Counted from the first letter of the stretch, positions 28,526-38,041 are shown. The stretch is DNA of 64,000 bases from Deltaproteobacteria bacterium (GCA_033763315.1 JANRKS010000022.1:96001-160000), one strand, 5' to 3'. Notes: generated by a model not told the origin, from the sequence alone. Translations and numbers: made by a program.

Positions 28526-29809
28526 TCACGCGTCTGCTCCGCCAAATAAGCGTTTCCAGAACGACGCCCGCGTCTTCTTCTCCGCCGCCGCTGCGACTGT
28601 CGGTAACGAAGGCATAGTGTGGGGCTTTGACGCAGAACTGACAGCGAAAGTTTTGGGTGCGGACACTTGCTTGGGGACAGGCCCTGCAACAGTGGGAGGT
28701 TCAGCGCTGGCCACCCGCCATCCGCCGGCGGCGCCTCGATCAAAGTCGAGCTCCTCGTCCTCGAAGTCATCGTCTTCACCACTGAACGCGGCAGCCCGGC
28801 GGCGGCCTGAATCGAGGACCGCCACGTCCGGGTTTTCGATCGCGCTTACGTAGGCGGCCACCTGGCGGTCGCCGATGCGTTCCGGCAACGAGGCGATGAA
28901 CGCGTCCAGCTCACGGCCAAATTCCTCGGCCGAGGGGTAGCGGTCCTCGGGCCGCTTGGCCAAGGCCTTCATCACGATTTTCTCAAGCGCCGGCGGGTAA
29001 TCCCTATCAATAAAGGTGGGGGGCCGGATTTGCTCCTCCACGATGCGCTTCATGATCACCTGGGGCTTGCCGCGGTAAAGCCGCTTACCCAGCGTGATCT
29101 CGTAAAGGATGATGCCCAGCGAGAACACGTCCGACCGGCCATCGAGCGGCTGCCCCTGCACCTGCTCGGGCGACATATATGAGTACTTGCCCGCGCGGCT
29201 TTCTGAATCTTCCTTCTTGTGACCCGCGTCCGTGGCAATCCCGAAATCGATGATCTTCGTGTGGCCGCGGTCGCTGATGATGATGTTGGTGGGCGAGATG
29301 TCTCGGTGGATCACGTGGAGCGGCTTGCCGCTGCGATCCTTGCTGCCGTACATGTAGGCCAACCCTTCGGCCACCTGTTCACAAATGAACGCCGCCACCC
29401 CCAAAGGCAGCGGCTGCCCCACCTCCAAGCCGCGCCCGATGAGCTGCGTGAGGATGCGGCCCTCAATGTATTCCATCGCGATGAAGTGCTCGCCGTCTTG
29501 TTCGCCGGCGTCATAGACGTCGACGATCGAAGGGTGGTTCAGGCGCGAGCCGATGCGCGCCTCATCTCGAAACATGGCCACCACCTGGTCGTTGTTTTGG
29601 TAGCGCCCCTGCAGCAGCTTTACGACCAACTCTTTGTGAAAACCACCAACCGCGTCGTTGGTGGCCAAGAAGATCTCCGCCATGCCGCCCGAATCCAGGT
29701 GCTCGACGATGGTGTAACGGCCCAGCTTTCGCCCGCGGTAAGCGGAGAACGCAGGTTTATCCGCATCGTCTTGCCGGCCACCCATCATCTTTGCTTTGGC
29801 TTGCTGCAC
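28526..29809 (-). CDS. Hanks-type Ser/Thr protein kinase (no TM)
   Basis: GGMAEIF, LVVK, HRDISPTN, DFGIA, YMSPEQ, DVFSLG. Confidence 0.95.
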   Translation of the reverse strand: MQQAKAKMMGGRQDDADKPAFSAYRGRKLGRYTIVEHLDSGGMAEIFLATNDAVGGFHKELVVKLLQGRYQNNDQVVAMFRDEARIGSRLNHPSIVDVYDAGEQDGEHFIAMEYIEGRILTQLIGRGLEVGQPLPLGVAAFICEQVAEGLAYMYGSKDRSGKPLHVIHRDISPTNIIISDRGHTKIIDFGIATDAGHKKEDSESRAGKYSYMSPEQVQGQPLDGRSDVFSLGIILYEITLGKRLYRGKPQVIMKRIVEEQIRPPTFIDRDYPPALEKIVMKALAKRPEDRYPSAEEFGRELDAFIASLPERIGDRQVAAYVSAIENPDVAVLDSGRRRAAAFSGEDDDFEDEELDFDRGAAGGWRVASAEPPTVAGPVPKQVSAPKTFAVSSASKPHTMPSLPTVAAAAEKKTRASFWKRLFGGADA

Positions 29810-29863
29810 GTACTGCTCTTTTCTCAGTAGACCCGAAAGTCACCCATACCCACAAGCTCTTGT

Positions 29864-30616
29864 TTAGTTTCCGCGGTTCAAAAGCATCGTTGCGTCGGAC
29901 AGCAGTCGATCCACCACATCCGCATCCGTCGGATCGTAATAACCCCGAATTTTTAACTGTGCGTCTACCAGCACCAGATGCGTGCCGTGGAACAAACTCG
30001 CAAAGTCCTGTTCGCCCTGAGGAGCCTGGTCACCCATCGCCATTTTCAAGCCGCCCTCCACCGTGGCGCGAATGTCATCCAAAGGCCCCGTAAGAAGGTG
30101 CCACATGCGGGGGCTAACCTTGTGTTTCTGTGCATACGCGTTTAAAACAGCCGGCGTGTCGTAAGTGGGATCAACGCTGAACGATACGATTTTGAAGCCG
30201 GGCACCAAATTGCGCGCCCGGCGTTGCACCTGCGAGAGCTTCGCCGTGATGGCGGGGCAAATGGTGGGGCAACGGGTGAAGATAAAACTGGCCACCCAAA
30301 CGTTTCCCGTAAGCTCGGCGCTGCCCACGGTGTGCCCCTCTTGATCCGTAAAGGAAAAGGCACCCAATTGCCCGAGCACAGGCAAAGGCGGGCGCGGCGG
30401 CCGCAGCACCTGATTCATCACGGGAACAAGCAACCCCAGCAGAATGACCAACGCCCAAAAGTGTGGCTTGGCCACCAGCCGTGACACAGACGCCTGCAGG
30501 CGCGCGCCCGCCGGCCGAGCGGCAACAACCGGGGCAACCGGGGTGACAGACATGACCGCGGTAGATACCACAAAGCCGAGGCGCACGGCAGCCGTTGCGA
30601 CACGCACGCGCCCCAT
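29864..30616 (-). CDS. SCO1/SenC copper chaperone
   Basis: FTRCPTICP (CxxxC), SFSVDP.YDTP, conserved His in FHGT. Divergent from the cox operon; start uncertain. Confidence 0.93.
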   Translation of the reverse strand: MGRVRVATAAVRLGFVVSTAVMSVTPVAPVVAARPAGARLQASVSRLVAKPHFWALVILLGLLVPVMNQVLRPPRPPLPVLGQLGAFSFTDQEGHTVGSAELTGNVWVASFIFTRCPTICPAITAKLSQVQRRARNLVPGFKIVSFSVDPTYDTPAVLNAYAQKHKVSPRMWHLLTGPLDDIRATVEGGLKMAMGDQAPQGEQDFASLFHGTHLVLVDAQLKIRGYYDPTDADVVDRLLSDATMLLNRGN

Positions 30617-30707
30617 GTGCGGAAGGTCCGCTCGCGCGGCGCAAAGCTTTGATTGCCGCCACGCATCGGTTGCCAGGGGATGTCATTCTTGATATCAGGC
30701 TCAGGCA

Positions 30708-31382
30708 ATGTCAGCCGCCCCTGCCCCCCCGCACGCAGCCCTTGGGCACGGCCACCACGAAGGCCCTGTCTCGTGGCCCACCGACGCTTTCATGGGCAAG
30801 GCCAGCGCCTTGAAGCTGGGCATGTGGATCTTCTTGTTGTCCGATGCGTTCTCGTTCGCGGGATTGCTGCTCACGTACGGCATCTTGCGTGCGGCATCGA
30901 GCGTGTGGCATCAGCCTGGTGAACCCGCGTTCGGCATCAACTTCACCGCCGGCCTCACCTTCTTATTGATCTGTTCCAGCCTCACCATGGTGATGGCGGT
31001 GGCCGCCTGCCGCGCGGGCAAGCGTGGCAAGACGATGGCCTTCTTGGCGCTCACCATCTTGGGCGGGGCGTTGTTCTTGTGCGGCCAGTTTCACGAATAT
31101 TTCGGCATTGGCACCCACGGTCTCATCGCCGAAGGGCTGCACCTTGGCGGCTCCCACCGCGCCACCACGTTCTTCGTCATCACGAGCTTTCACGGCTTTC
31201 ACGTGTTCTCGGGCGTCGTGATCATGAGCGTCATGTTCGTCAAAACAGCGCGCGGCCGCTATGACCACGGCAACGTGGACGCGATTGAGGCCACGGGCCT
31301 GTTTTGGCACTTCGTGGATCTCGTCTGGATCTTGGTGTTCACGTTTGTGTATCTGATTCCCGAGCCAGGGGTGTTGCCGTGA
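30708..31382 (+). CDS. ctaE: Cytochrome c oxidase subunit III (first copy)
   Basis: KLGMWIFLLSD, FHGFHV, LFWHFVDLVW. Confidence 0.92.
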   Translation: MSAAPAPPHAALGHGHHEGPVSWPTDAFMGKASALKLGMWIFLLSDAFSFAGLLLTYGILRAASSVWHQPGEPAFGINFTAGLTFLLICSSLTMVMAVAACRAGKRGKTMAFLALTILGGALFLCGQFHEYFGIGTHGLIAEGLHLGGSHRATTFFVITSFHGFHVFSGVVIMSVMFVKTARGRYDHGNVDAIEATGLFWHFVDLVWILVFTFVYLIPEPGVLP

Positions 31383-31675
31383 AGGCTGAGTCACACGTCA
31401 CGTCCACACGCAGCTATCTGTGGGTGTTTGCGCTGCTCACCGTGCTCACCATCGCCGAAGTGGGCGTGGTGAAGGTGACAAGCATGGGCCGCGCGTTGTT
31501 GATCTCGGCGCTGGTGCTGTTGGCCTTGGCCAAAGCCGGGCTTGTGTTGATGTCGTTCATGCACCTCAACCATGAAACGCGTTCGTTGAAGCTGACGGTC
31601 ATCTTGCCGTTCGTGCTTCCCGCCCTTTATGCCTTTGTGTTGATCGCGGAAGCGTCGTGGAGGTTGTTGCCATGA
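31379..31675 (+). CDS. ctaF: Cytochrome c oxidase subunit IV family
   Basis: YLWVFALL..LT..EV, KA.LV..FMHL..E. GTGA overlap with the upstream gene. Confidence 0.88.
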   Translation: MKAESHVTSTRSYLWVFALLTVLTIAEVGVVKVTSMGRALLISALVLLALAKAGLVLMSFMHLNHETRSLKLTVILPFVLPALYAFVLIAEASWRLLP

Positions 31676-31905
31676 AGCGCGCTTTGTTGCTGGCCGCCCT
31701 GGTCATGGCGCCCAAGCTGGCGTGGGCGTGCCCCGTCTGTGCCGGCCGCGAAACCAACACCACGATGATCGCCACATTGCTGGGGCTGATGATCGCCGTG
31801 CCTTACGCGGTGGCCGTGGTGGTGATTCGTGTGATTCGCAAGGCCGATAAGGAAAGCGCTTGGCCTGCGCCCCCGCTGCCCGAGGCCGAAGGCTCGCGAC
31901 CATGA
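31672..31905 (+). CDS. Small membrane protein with CxxC in the cox operon
   Basis: Signal peptide, ACPVC, one TM. ATGA overlaps on both sides. Confidence 0.75.
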   Translation: MKRALLLAALVMAPKLAWACPVCAGRETNTTMIATLLGLMIAVPYAVAVVVIRVIRKADKESAWPAPPLPEAEGSRP

Positions 31906-32729
31906 AGCGTCTTGAACTTACACTCGCATTGGGCCTGGGGCTTTGTCCCAGTGTGGCCTTGGCCGCGCCTGCCCCCGAACATGGTTGGGGCCTGCCCCGC
32001 AATGTGTCGCTGCATGGCGGCCGCATCGATTGGTTGATCAACGTGACCACGGTGTTCGTGGTGGCGATGTTCGCAGCCACCGTGATCTGGTTGCTGTGGT
32101 CATCTGTGTTTCACGGCCGCAAGCACAAGGCCGAGTATGATCACGGCAGCGCCAAGAAGCAGATCATCAAGGCCGTGTTGCTTTCACTGCTCATCTTCGG
32201 TGTGGTCGACGGCAACCTGTTTTTCTCGGGTATGGCCGATTTGAACGACGCCTTCTGGGCCTTCGACAAAGCCGAAGCCGCGCCGAACGCGGTGCGTGTG
32301 CAGGTAAACGCGCACCAGTGGGCATGGGACATCCGGCACCCCGGCGCCGATGGCAAGTTCAACACCGCCGACGACATCGTCACCTTCAATGAACTGCACG
32401 TACCCACGGGCGCGCCGGTGATTCTGCAGTTGGCCAGCACCGATGTGATTCACAGCTTTTCTTTGCCCAATTTCCGCACCAAGCAAGACGCGATTCCGGG
32501 CAACGTGACACGGCTATGGTTTCAGGGCACGGAGGCTGGTGAGTTCGAGATTGCGTGCGCTCAACACTGCGGTGTCAATCACTACAAGATGCGCGGCGTG
32601 CTCGTCGTGCAAACACCACAAGACTATCAGGCGTGGATGGAAGAAGCCTCGAAGCTCGCCAGCCGCGCCTACGATCCCGAAGACAAGTCCGCCCATTGGG
32701 GCTGGGACTGGGATCGCAAGAACAAGTAA
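31902..32729 (+). CDS. ctaC: Cytochrome c oxidase subunit II
   Basis: QWAW, DVIHSF, CuA motif CAQHCGVNHYKM. Confidence 0.95.
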   Translation: MKRLELTLALGLGLCPSVALAAPAPEHGWGLPRNVSLHGGRIDWLINVTTVFVVAMFAATVIWLLWSSVFHGRKHKAEYDHGSAKKQIIKAVLLSLLIFGVVDGNLFFSGMADLNDAFWAFDKAEAAPNAVRVQVNAHQWAWDIRHPGADGKFNTADDIVTFNELHVPTGAPVILQLASTDVIHSFSLPNFRTKQDAIPGNVTRLWFQGTEAGEFEIACAQHCGVNHYKMRGVLVVQTPQDYQAWMEEASKLASRAYDPEDKSAHWGWDWDRKNK

Positions 32730-32744
32730 CGGCGAAAAATCACG

Positions 32745-34526
32745 ATGGAATTGCAACCAATACACCCGGCGCCGAAATCGTTCTTAGGCCGCTACGTCTT
32801 TTCTACCGACCACAAAGTCATTGCCAAGCAGTTCTTGTGGTCCGGCTTGTTGTTCCTGCTGTTCGGCGGGCTGTTGGCCATGCTGATCCGCTGGCAATGG
32901 GCGTACCCCGGGCGATCGGTTCCCGTGGTGGGGCAAGCGTTGTTCGCCAAGTCAAACGGCATCATCACGCCCGCCAGTTACAACGCCGTGTTCACCATGC
33001 ACGGCTTGATCATGATCTTCTTTGCCATCACGCCGATCCTGATTGGCTGCCTGGGCAATTTCACCATACCGCTGATGATCGGCGCACGCGACATGGCGTT
33101 CCCGCGCCTGAACATGGCCTCGTTCTGGACGTTCGTCGCGTCGATGTGTTTCATCGTCCTATCGTTCTTCGTGCAGCTGGGCTCAGCCGCCGCCGGGTGG
33201 ACCACTTATCCGCCGTTATCAACGAAAATTGGTACGCCTGGCTTGGGGCAAACCTTCGTGGTGGTGGCCATCTTCTTAACGGGCGCAGCCACGATCATGG
33301 GCGCCGTCAATTACGTGACCACCGTGATTCGCTTCCGCGCGCCGGGCATGGGTTACATGCGGATGCCATTAACGGTGTGGGGCCTGTGGCTCACCTCGAT
33401 TCTGAATGTGTTGTTCGTGCCGGTGTTGGGCGCGGCCGCGTTGCTGCTGTTTTTGGACCGTGTGTTTGGCACTCAGTTTTTCATCTCGGGCGCAGCGGCC
33501 GTGCGCGGCGGCGGCGATCCCATTTTGTTTCAGCACCTGTTTTGGATCTTCGGGCACCCCGAGGTTTACATTCTGATTCTGCCCGCCTGGGGCGTGGTGG
33601 CCGATTTCGTTTCGTTCTTCTCGCGCAAGCCCGCCTATTGGTACAAGGGCTCCGTCATCGCGATGATCGCCATCACCGTGCTGTCAGCGATTGTCTACGG
33701 GCACCACATGTTCACGACCGGCATGAACCCGATGTTGGGCAAGGCCTTCATGATCTTGACGTTGATCATCAGCGCGCCGGCAGAGCTGCTTTTCTTGAAC
33801 TGGCTGCACACCATTTGGAAGGGCTCCGTTCGGCTCACGGCAACGATGTTGTTCACGTTAGGCGTGATCTTCGTATTCGCTCTGGGTGGCCTCACGGGCA
33901 TCTACCTGGCCACGATTTCCACCGATCTTTACCTGCACGACACGATGTTCGTGGTGGGTCACTTTCACCTCACGATGGCGGCGGCGTCGTTTTTGGCGAG
34001 CTTTGCCGCGATTCACTTTTGGTTTCCCAAGATGTTTGGCCGCAAGCTAAACGAAACATTGGGCAAGGCACACTTTTGGACCTCGCTGGTGTTCATCACC
34101 TTGCTGTTCGTGGGCCAGTTGGCCGTGGGTTACGCTGGCCAGCCCCGGCGTTTGTGGGATCCGCACCAATACACGTTCGTGCAACATCTGGCGCCGCTGA
34201 ACCGCTGGACTTCTTACTTCGGCTTTGCGCTGGGTCTGTCGCAGCTGTTGTTCATCTTCAACTTCTTCCGCAATGTGTTCGCGCCTGCCAACGCAGAGGC
34301 CAACCCGTGGGGCGTGGGCACGTTGGAGTGGACGATTCCGTCGCCGCCGCCCCCACACAACTTCGATGTGATTCCCACCGTTTTGCGCGGGCCGCACGAA
34401 TTCGCAAACCCCGAAGTGCAAACCATGTTGGGCCGCGACTGGGTGGCACAAAATGAAGTGTTGCCGCGCGACGCGGAAACACCCGGTCCGTCGGTGGCCC
34501 TTGCCCGCGGTGTGAAATCCACATGA
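32745..34526 (+). CDS. ctaD: Cytochrome c oxidase subunit I (A-family, CoxN-like)
   Basis: TDHK, TMHG, DMAFPRLN, GWTTYPPL, GHPEVY, HH, HDT..VVGHFH, PRR. Confidence 0.97.
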   Translation: MELQPIHPAPKSFLGRYVFSTDHKVIAKQFLWSGLLFLLFGGLLAMLIRWQWAYPGRSVPVVGQALFAKSNGIITPASYNAVFTMHGLIMIFFAITPILIGCLGNFTIPLMIGARDMAFPRLNMASFWTFVASMCFIVLSFFVQLGSAAAGWTTYPPLSTKIGTPGLGQTFVVVAIFLTGAATIMGAVNYVTTVIRFRAPGMGYMRMPLTVWGLWLTSILNVLFVPVLGAAALLLFLDRVFGTQFFISGAAAVRGGGDPILFQHLFWIFGHPEVYILILPAWGVVADFVSFFSRKPAYWYKGSVIAMIAITVLSAIVYGHHMFTTGMNPMLGKAFMILTLIISAPAELLFLNWLHTIWKGSVRLTATMLFTLGVIFVFALGGLTGIYLATISTDLYLHDTMFVVGHFHLTMAAASFLASFAAIHFWFPKMFGRKLNETLGKAHFWTSLVFITLLFVGQLAVGYAGQPRRLWDPHQYTFVQHLAPLNRWTSYFGFALGLSQLLFIFNFFRNVFAPANAEANPWGVGTLEWTIPSPPPPHNFDVIPTVLRGPHEFANPEVQTMLGRDWVAQNEVLPRDAETPGPSVALARGVKST

Positions 34527-35116
34527 GCACCACCGCCAATACCTTCGGCGATCCACGGCTGGCGGCCCATCGTTCAGGAACGGCGTTCTTGGGCATGGTG
34601 ATCTTCATGGGCTCGTGGGCCATGCTGTTCGCGGGCTTGTTCTTCGCCTACGGCATTGTTCGCGCGGGCACCCACGCTTGGCCCCCCACGGATTTGCCAA
34701 CCTTGCCCATCGGTTGGCCGGGCGTCGCCACCGCGGCCCTGGCGCTGTCGAGCGTGGCGTTGCAGGGCGCCTTATCGCAGGCGCGCAAAAATGGCAAGCG
34801 CGTGGGGACGTTGACGCTGGTGGCTTTGGCGGCCGGCGTGGTGTTCCTGAATCTGCAAATCTCGGTGTGGCGAAACTTGTGGACGCTGGGGTTGCGGCCC
34901 GAGACCGGCACTTACGCTTCCGTGTTTTATGGGCTCACGGTGTTCCACGCTTTGCACGTAGCTGTGGGCTTGGTGGCTTTGCTGTTCCTGAGCACGCAGA
35001 GCTTGCGCCACCGCTACACCGCCACCGCCCACATTCCTTTGCGTCTGTGGACGCTGTATTGGCACATGGTGGGCGCGGTGTGGTTGCTGATGTACGTGCT
35101 GCTTTACTTGGTTTAA
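34523..35116 (+). CDS. Cytochrome c oxidase subunit III (second copy)
   Basis: LGMVIFMGS, FHALHV, LYWHMVGAVW. Confidence 0.88.
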   Translation: MSTTANTFGDPRLAAHRSGTAFLGMVIFMGSWAMLFAGLFFAYGIVRAGTHAWPPTDLPTLPIGWPGVATAALALSSVALQGALSQARKNGKRVGTLTLVALAAGVVFLNLQISVWRNLWTLGLRPETGTYASVFYGLTVFHALHVAVGLVALLFLSTQSLRHRYTATAHIPLRLWTLYWHMVGAVWLLMYVLLYLV

Positions 35117-36205
35117 ATGATGGCCACGCGCTCTTCTTCACAATGGTTGTTCGCTTTGCGTTCGCTCGCCTGCACGTTGCCGTTGGCAGGTCTGTTTGCC
35201 AGCGCGGGCTGCGACAAGAACCTGTTCGCCAAACCAACATTCACTGAAGGCTTGTCGCTCACGCGGACCGAAACGGCGGCGGAGGAATCGGGCGATGAAG
35301 AGACTGCTGCCAACCCGCCGGCCGAACCTGGGATGGCCACGGCGCGCACCATTTCCGCCGACGTGCTTAACCAAGGCAAAGACGTTTACACGCTCAATTG
35401 CCAACCTTGCCATGGCGAAAAGGGCGATGGTCAAGGCCCTTCGGCGGCAGGCATGCGCCCACCACCGCGCGACTTTCGCACCGGCATGATCAAGTTCGGC
35501 GGCGTGGCGGCGGGCAAGCTGCCGCAAGACGAAGCGTTGGAACGCATCGTGTGGCATGGCTTGGCCGGCACGCCGATGATGCCGTGGGATCTGCCGGCGC
35601 AAGAGCGTTTTGCCGTCATTCAATACATCAAAACGTTTTCGCCGCGTTGGAAGGAAGAGAAACTGGGCCGCCCCGTGGTGGTGCCGGCCGATCCTTGGCA
35701 AGGGCGTGAAGCCGAAGCCATCGACGTGGGCAAACGCATCTATCACCTCACGGGTGTACAGAACGACGAACAAGGCAACATGAAATACATGATGGCCGGT
35801 TGTTCGGGTTGCCACCCAAGCTACATCACGCGTGATGAACGGGTGGCGTTGTCGAAGAAATACACCGGCGCAGCGCCCGCCGCGATGGCCGAACTCGAAG
35901 AGATGTATCGCCCGGCGCTGAAAGCCAGCGAGTACACGATCAACGATCGGCAACTGCAGATCCTGCCGATCGACTTTTTGTTCCACCAGGTGAAAAACGG
36001 CACCAAGCTTGAGGAGCTCTACAAGACGATCGCTTCGGGCGTGGCTGGCGCCGCGATGCCCGCTTGGAAGGGCATCTTGAGCGACGAAGGCCTGTGGGCC
36101 CTCACTCACTACGTGAAGTCGCTTGTCGATATGCGCGGCAGCCGCGAGGCTGTGGCATTGCGACAAGCGTTGATGGCCCAACCACCGTTACCCAAAGAAA
36201 ATTAA
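35117..36205 (+). CDS. Diheme cytochrome c lipoprotein
   Basis: Lipobox SAGC, CQPCH and CSGCH, Met ligands in GTPMMPW and GAAMPAW. Confidence 0.9.
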   Translation: MMATRSSSQWLFALRSLACTLPLAGLFASAGCDKNLFAKPTFTEGLSLTRTETAAEESGDEETAANPPAEPGMATARTISADVLNQGKDVYTLNCQPCHGEKGDGQGPSAAGMRPPPRDFRTGMIKFGGVAAGKLPQDEALERIVWHGLAGTPMMPWDLPAQERFAVIQYIKTFSPRWKEEKLGRPVVVPADPWQGREAEAIDVGKRIYHLTGVQNDEQGNMKYMMAGCSGCHPSYITRDERVALSKKYTGAAPAAMAELEEMYRPALKASEYTINDRQLQILPIDFLFHQVKNGTKLEELYKTIASGVAGAAMPAWKGILSDEGLWALTHYVKSLVDMRGSREAVALRQALMAQPPLPKEN

Positions 36206-36360
36206 GCCTCGCGCGGCGCGTCCCCGGCCTACGTGGGCCGGCGACCTACGTGGTTCCACTTAGTTTGGGTTAGGACATGCCCACGTGGGCGGCAACCATC
36301 GCTCACAGTACCTTTGAATTCACACTCCGACCTTCAGGAGTGAGTTCAAAGGACAGGTGC

Positions 36361-36441
36361 ATGAAGTTCAAGCTTGTTTCGGCTGTGATTGCATTTGTTG
36401 CGACCAGCCTGTGTGTTGCCGACATCGAGGCGCACCGATGA
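36361..36441 (+). other. 26-aa upstream ORF resembling a bare signal peptide
   Basis: MKFKLVSAVIAFVATSLCVADIEAHR*. Purine-rich RBS-like sequence upstream; the stop overlaps the next ATG (ATGA). Confidence 0.45.
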
Positions 36442-37982
36442 AACGCACACTGGATGCCTCTCGGAGGCAATGGCTCAAGGGCGCGGCCGGGTATTCGCTG
36501 GCCCTGCCGTTCTTGCAGTCTCTCGCCACGAAGACAGCGTTCGGCCAAACCACTGTTGCCGCGCCGAAACGCTTTGTGGCGATGCTCAACGAGCACGGCG
36601 GTTTGGCGGAAAGCAGCATGTTTCCCGCGATGGGAACGCTCACCGACAAGGCGAACCTATTTCCCGATCACGAAATTGGTTGGGGCGCGCTTAAAGCCAC
36701 CCGCAGCGGCGCCGACGCGGTGGTGGCCCCTGTGCTGCGCGCGCCAGCCGACCTTTTCTCCGATCGCTTGATCGGCAAGATGAACGTGCTGCATGGGTTG
36801 GACGTGCCGGTGTACATGGGGCACCGCCGCGGCCACTACCTTGGCAACTATGCCGCCGTGCTTGAGCTCAAAGAGCCTTACACAAGCAACCTGCGCCCCA
36901 CCATCGATCAGGTGATGGCCTACTCACCGGGCTTTTACCCCCAGCTCGATGGCATTCGCGAACGCGTGATGATTGCGCCCGGCGCACAAGCTTCGTGGAA
37001 TTACAGCAACCCCACCGCGCGCACGGGCAGCGTGATGAACGTTCGCGGCCCGGACGATTCGCTGCAGATGTTCGATAGGATCTTCGTTCCAGCGGGCGCG
37101 CCGCCGCCCATGCAACGCCGCCACGTTGTGGATTACGTCCTGGAAAGCTACAACAACCTCAAGAACGCGAACCGACGTTTGTCTGCGGGCGACAAGCAGC
37201 GCCTCGATGATCACATGGAGCGCATGTCGGAGCTTGAACGCAAACTGACGTCAAAGCCCGTGGCCTCGTGCATGGCGCGGCCCAGGCCACCGCGCGCCGC
37301 GGGCTATGCTTACGTTGACGAGTCCGAGTTCACCACCTTGGTGAATCTGTGGCTCGACGTTTTCATTGCGGCGTTTACTTGCGACACGAGCCGCATCGGA
37401 ATCTTGCCGTTGGTGGATCTACGCCAGCTGCTCTCCTACGCGGGCGATTGGCATCAACAGGTGGCGCATCAATACAACACCGACGCCGCGCAAGAAAAAA
37501 TTCTAATGGCCTACCAACGCGCCTTTAGCCGCGTCATCGTGCCGTTCGCGCAGAAGCTAGACGCCATAGAGGAGCATCCGGGCTCAAGCTACTTGGACAA
37601 CACGTTGATCATGTGGACACAAGAGGCTGGCTGGGAGACGCATACGTCTGTCAGCGTGCCCGTGGTCACCTTTGGAAGCGCCGGTGGCTTCCTAAAAACG
37701 GGCCGGTTTGTGGACTACCGCCGCAAAAACTCGCCGCTGTCCGCCTACAAAGGCACAGGCACCAACCAAGCCTTGGGGCTGCTCTATTCACAGTGGATGG
37801 CCACGGCTCTGCAAGCGATGAATGTGCCGCCCAGCGATTTCGAGCGCTGGGGGCACAAGGGCTATGGCTGGCCGGAGTTCGGCACCGAAGGGTGGTTGCC
37901 GCCGTTTAGCAAACACTACCAGAGCACAAGTTCCCGATACTTCCAGATGGCGAGCGACGTCTTGCCGCAACTTAAGGCCTGA
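36438..37982 (+). CDS. Tat-exported DUF1552 family protein
   Basis: SRRQWLKG..LALPFL, PKRFV, TIDQVMA, DKQRLDDH...ELE, AFTCD.SR, LDNTL. Confidence 0.85.
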   Translation: MKRTLDASRRQWLKGAAGYSLALPFLQSLATKTAFGQTTVAAPKRFVAMLNEHGGLAESSMFPAMGTLTDKANLFPDHEIGWGALKATRSGADAVVAPVLRAPADLFSDRLIGKMNVLHGLDVPVYMGHRRGHYLGNYAAVLELKEPYTSNLRPTIDQVMAYSPGFYPQLDGIRERVMIAPGAQASWNYSNPTARTGSVMNVRGPDDSLQMFDRIFVPAGAPPPMQRRHVVDYVLESYNNLKNANRRLSAGDKQRLDDHMERMSELERKLTSKPVASCMARPRPPRAAGYAYVDESEFTTLVNLWLDVFIAAFTCDTSRIGILPLVDLRQLLSYAGDWHQQVAHQYNTDAAQEKILMAYQRAFSRVIVPFAQKLDAIEEHPGSSYLDNTLIMWTQEAGWETHTSVSVPVVTFGSAGGFLKTGRFVDYRRKNSPLSAYKGTGTNQALGLLYSQWMATALQAMNVPPSDFERWGHKGYGWPEFGTEGWLPPFSKHYQSTSSRYFQMASDVLPQLKA

Positions 37983-38041
37983 ACATGGCACGACCAAACA
38001 AATCAGGCCCACACACGTTGATTTTCAGAGGGAGTGCACGC

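Noticed and set aside
32555-34456. 633-aa alternative-frame ORF over cox subunit I
   Set aside because: Same-strand off-frame ORF, Arg-rich, expected at this GC content.
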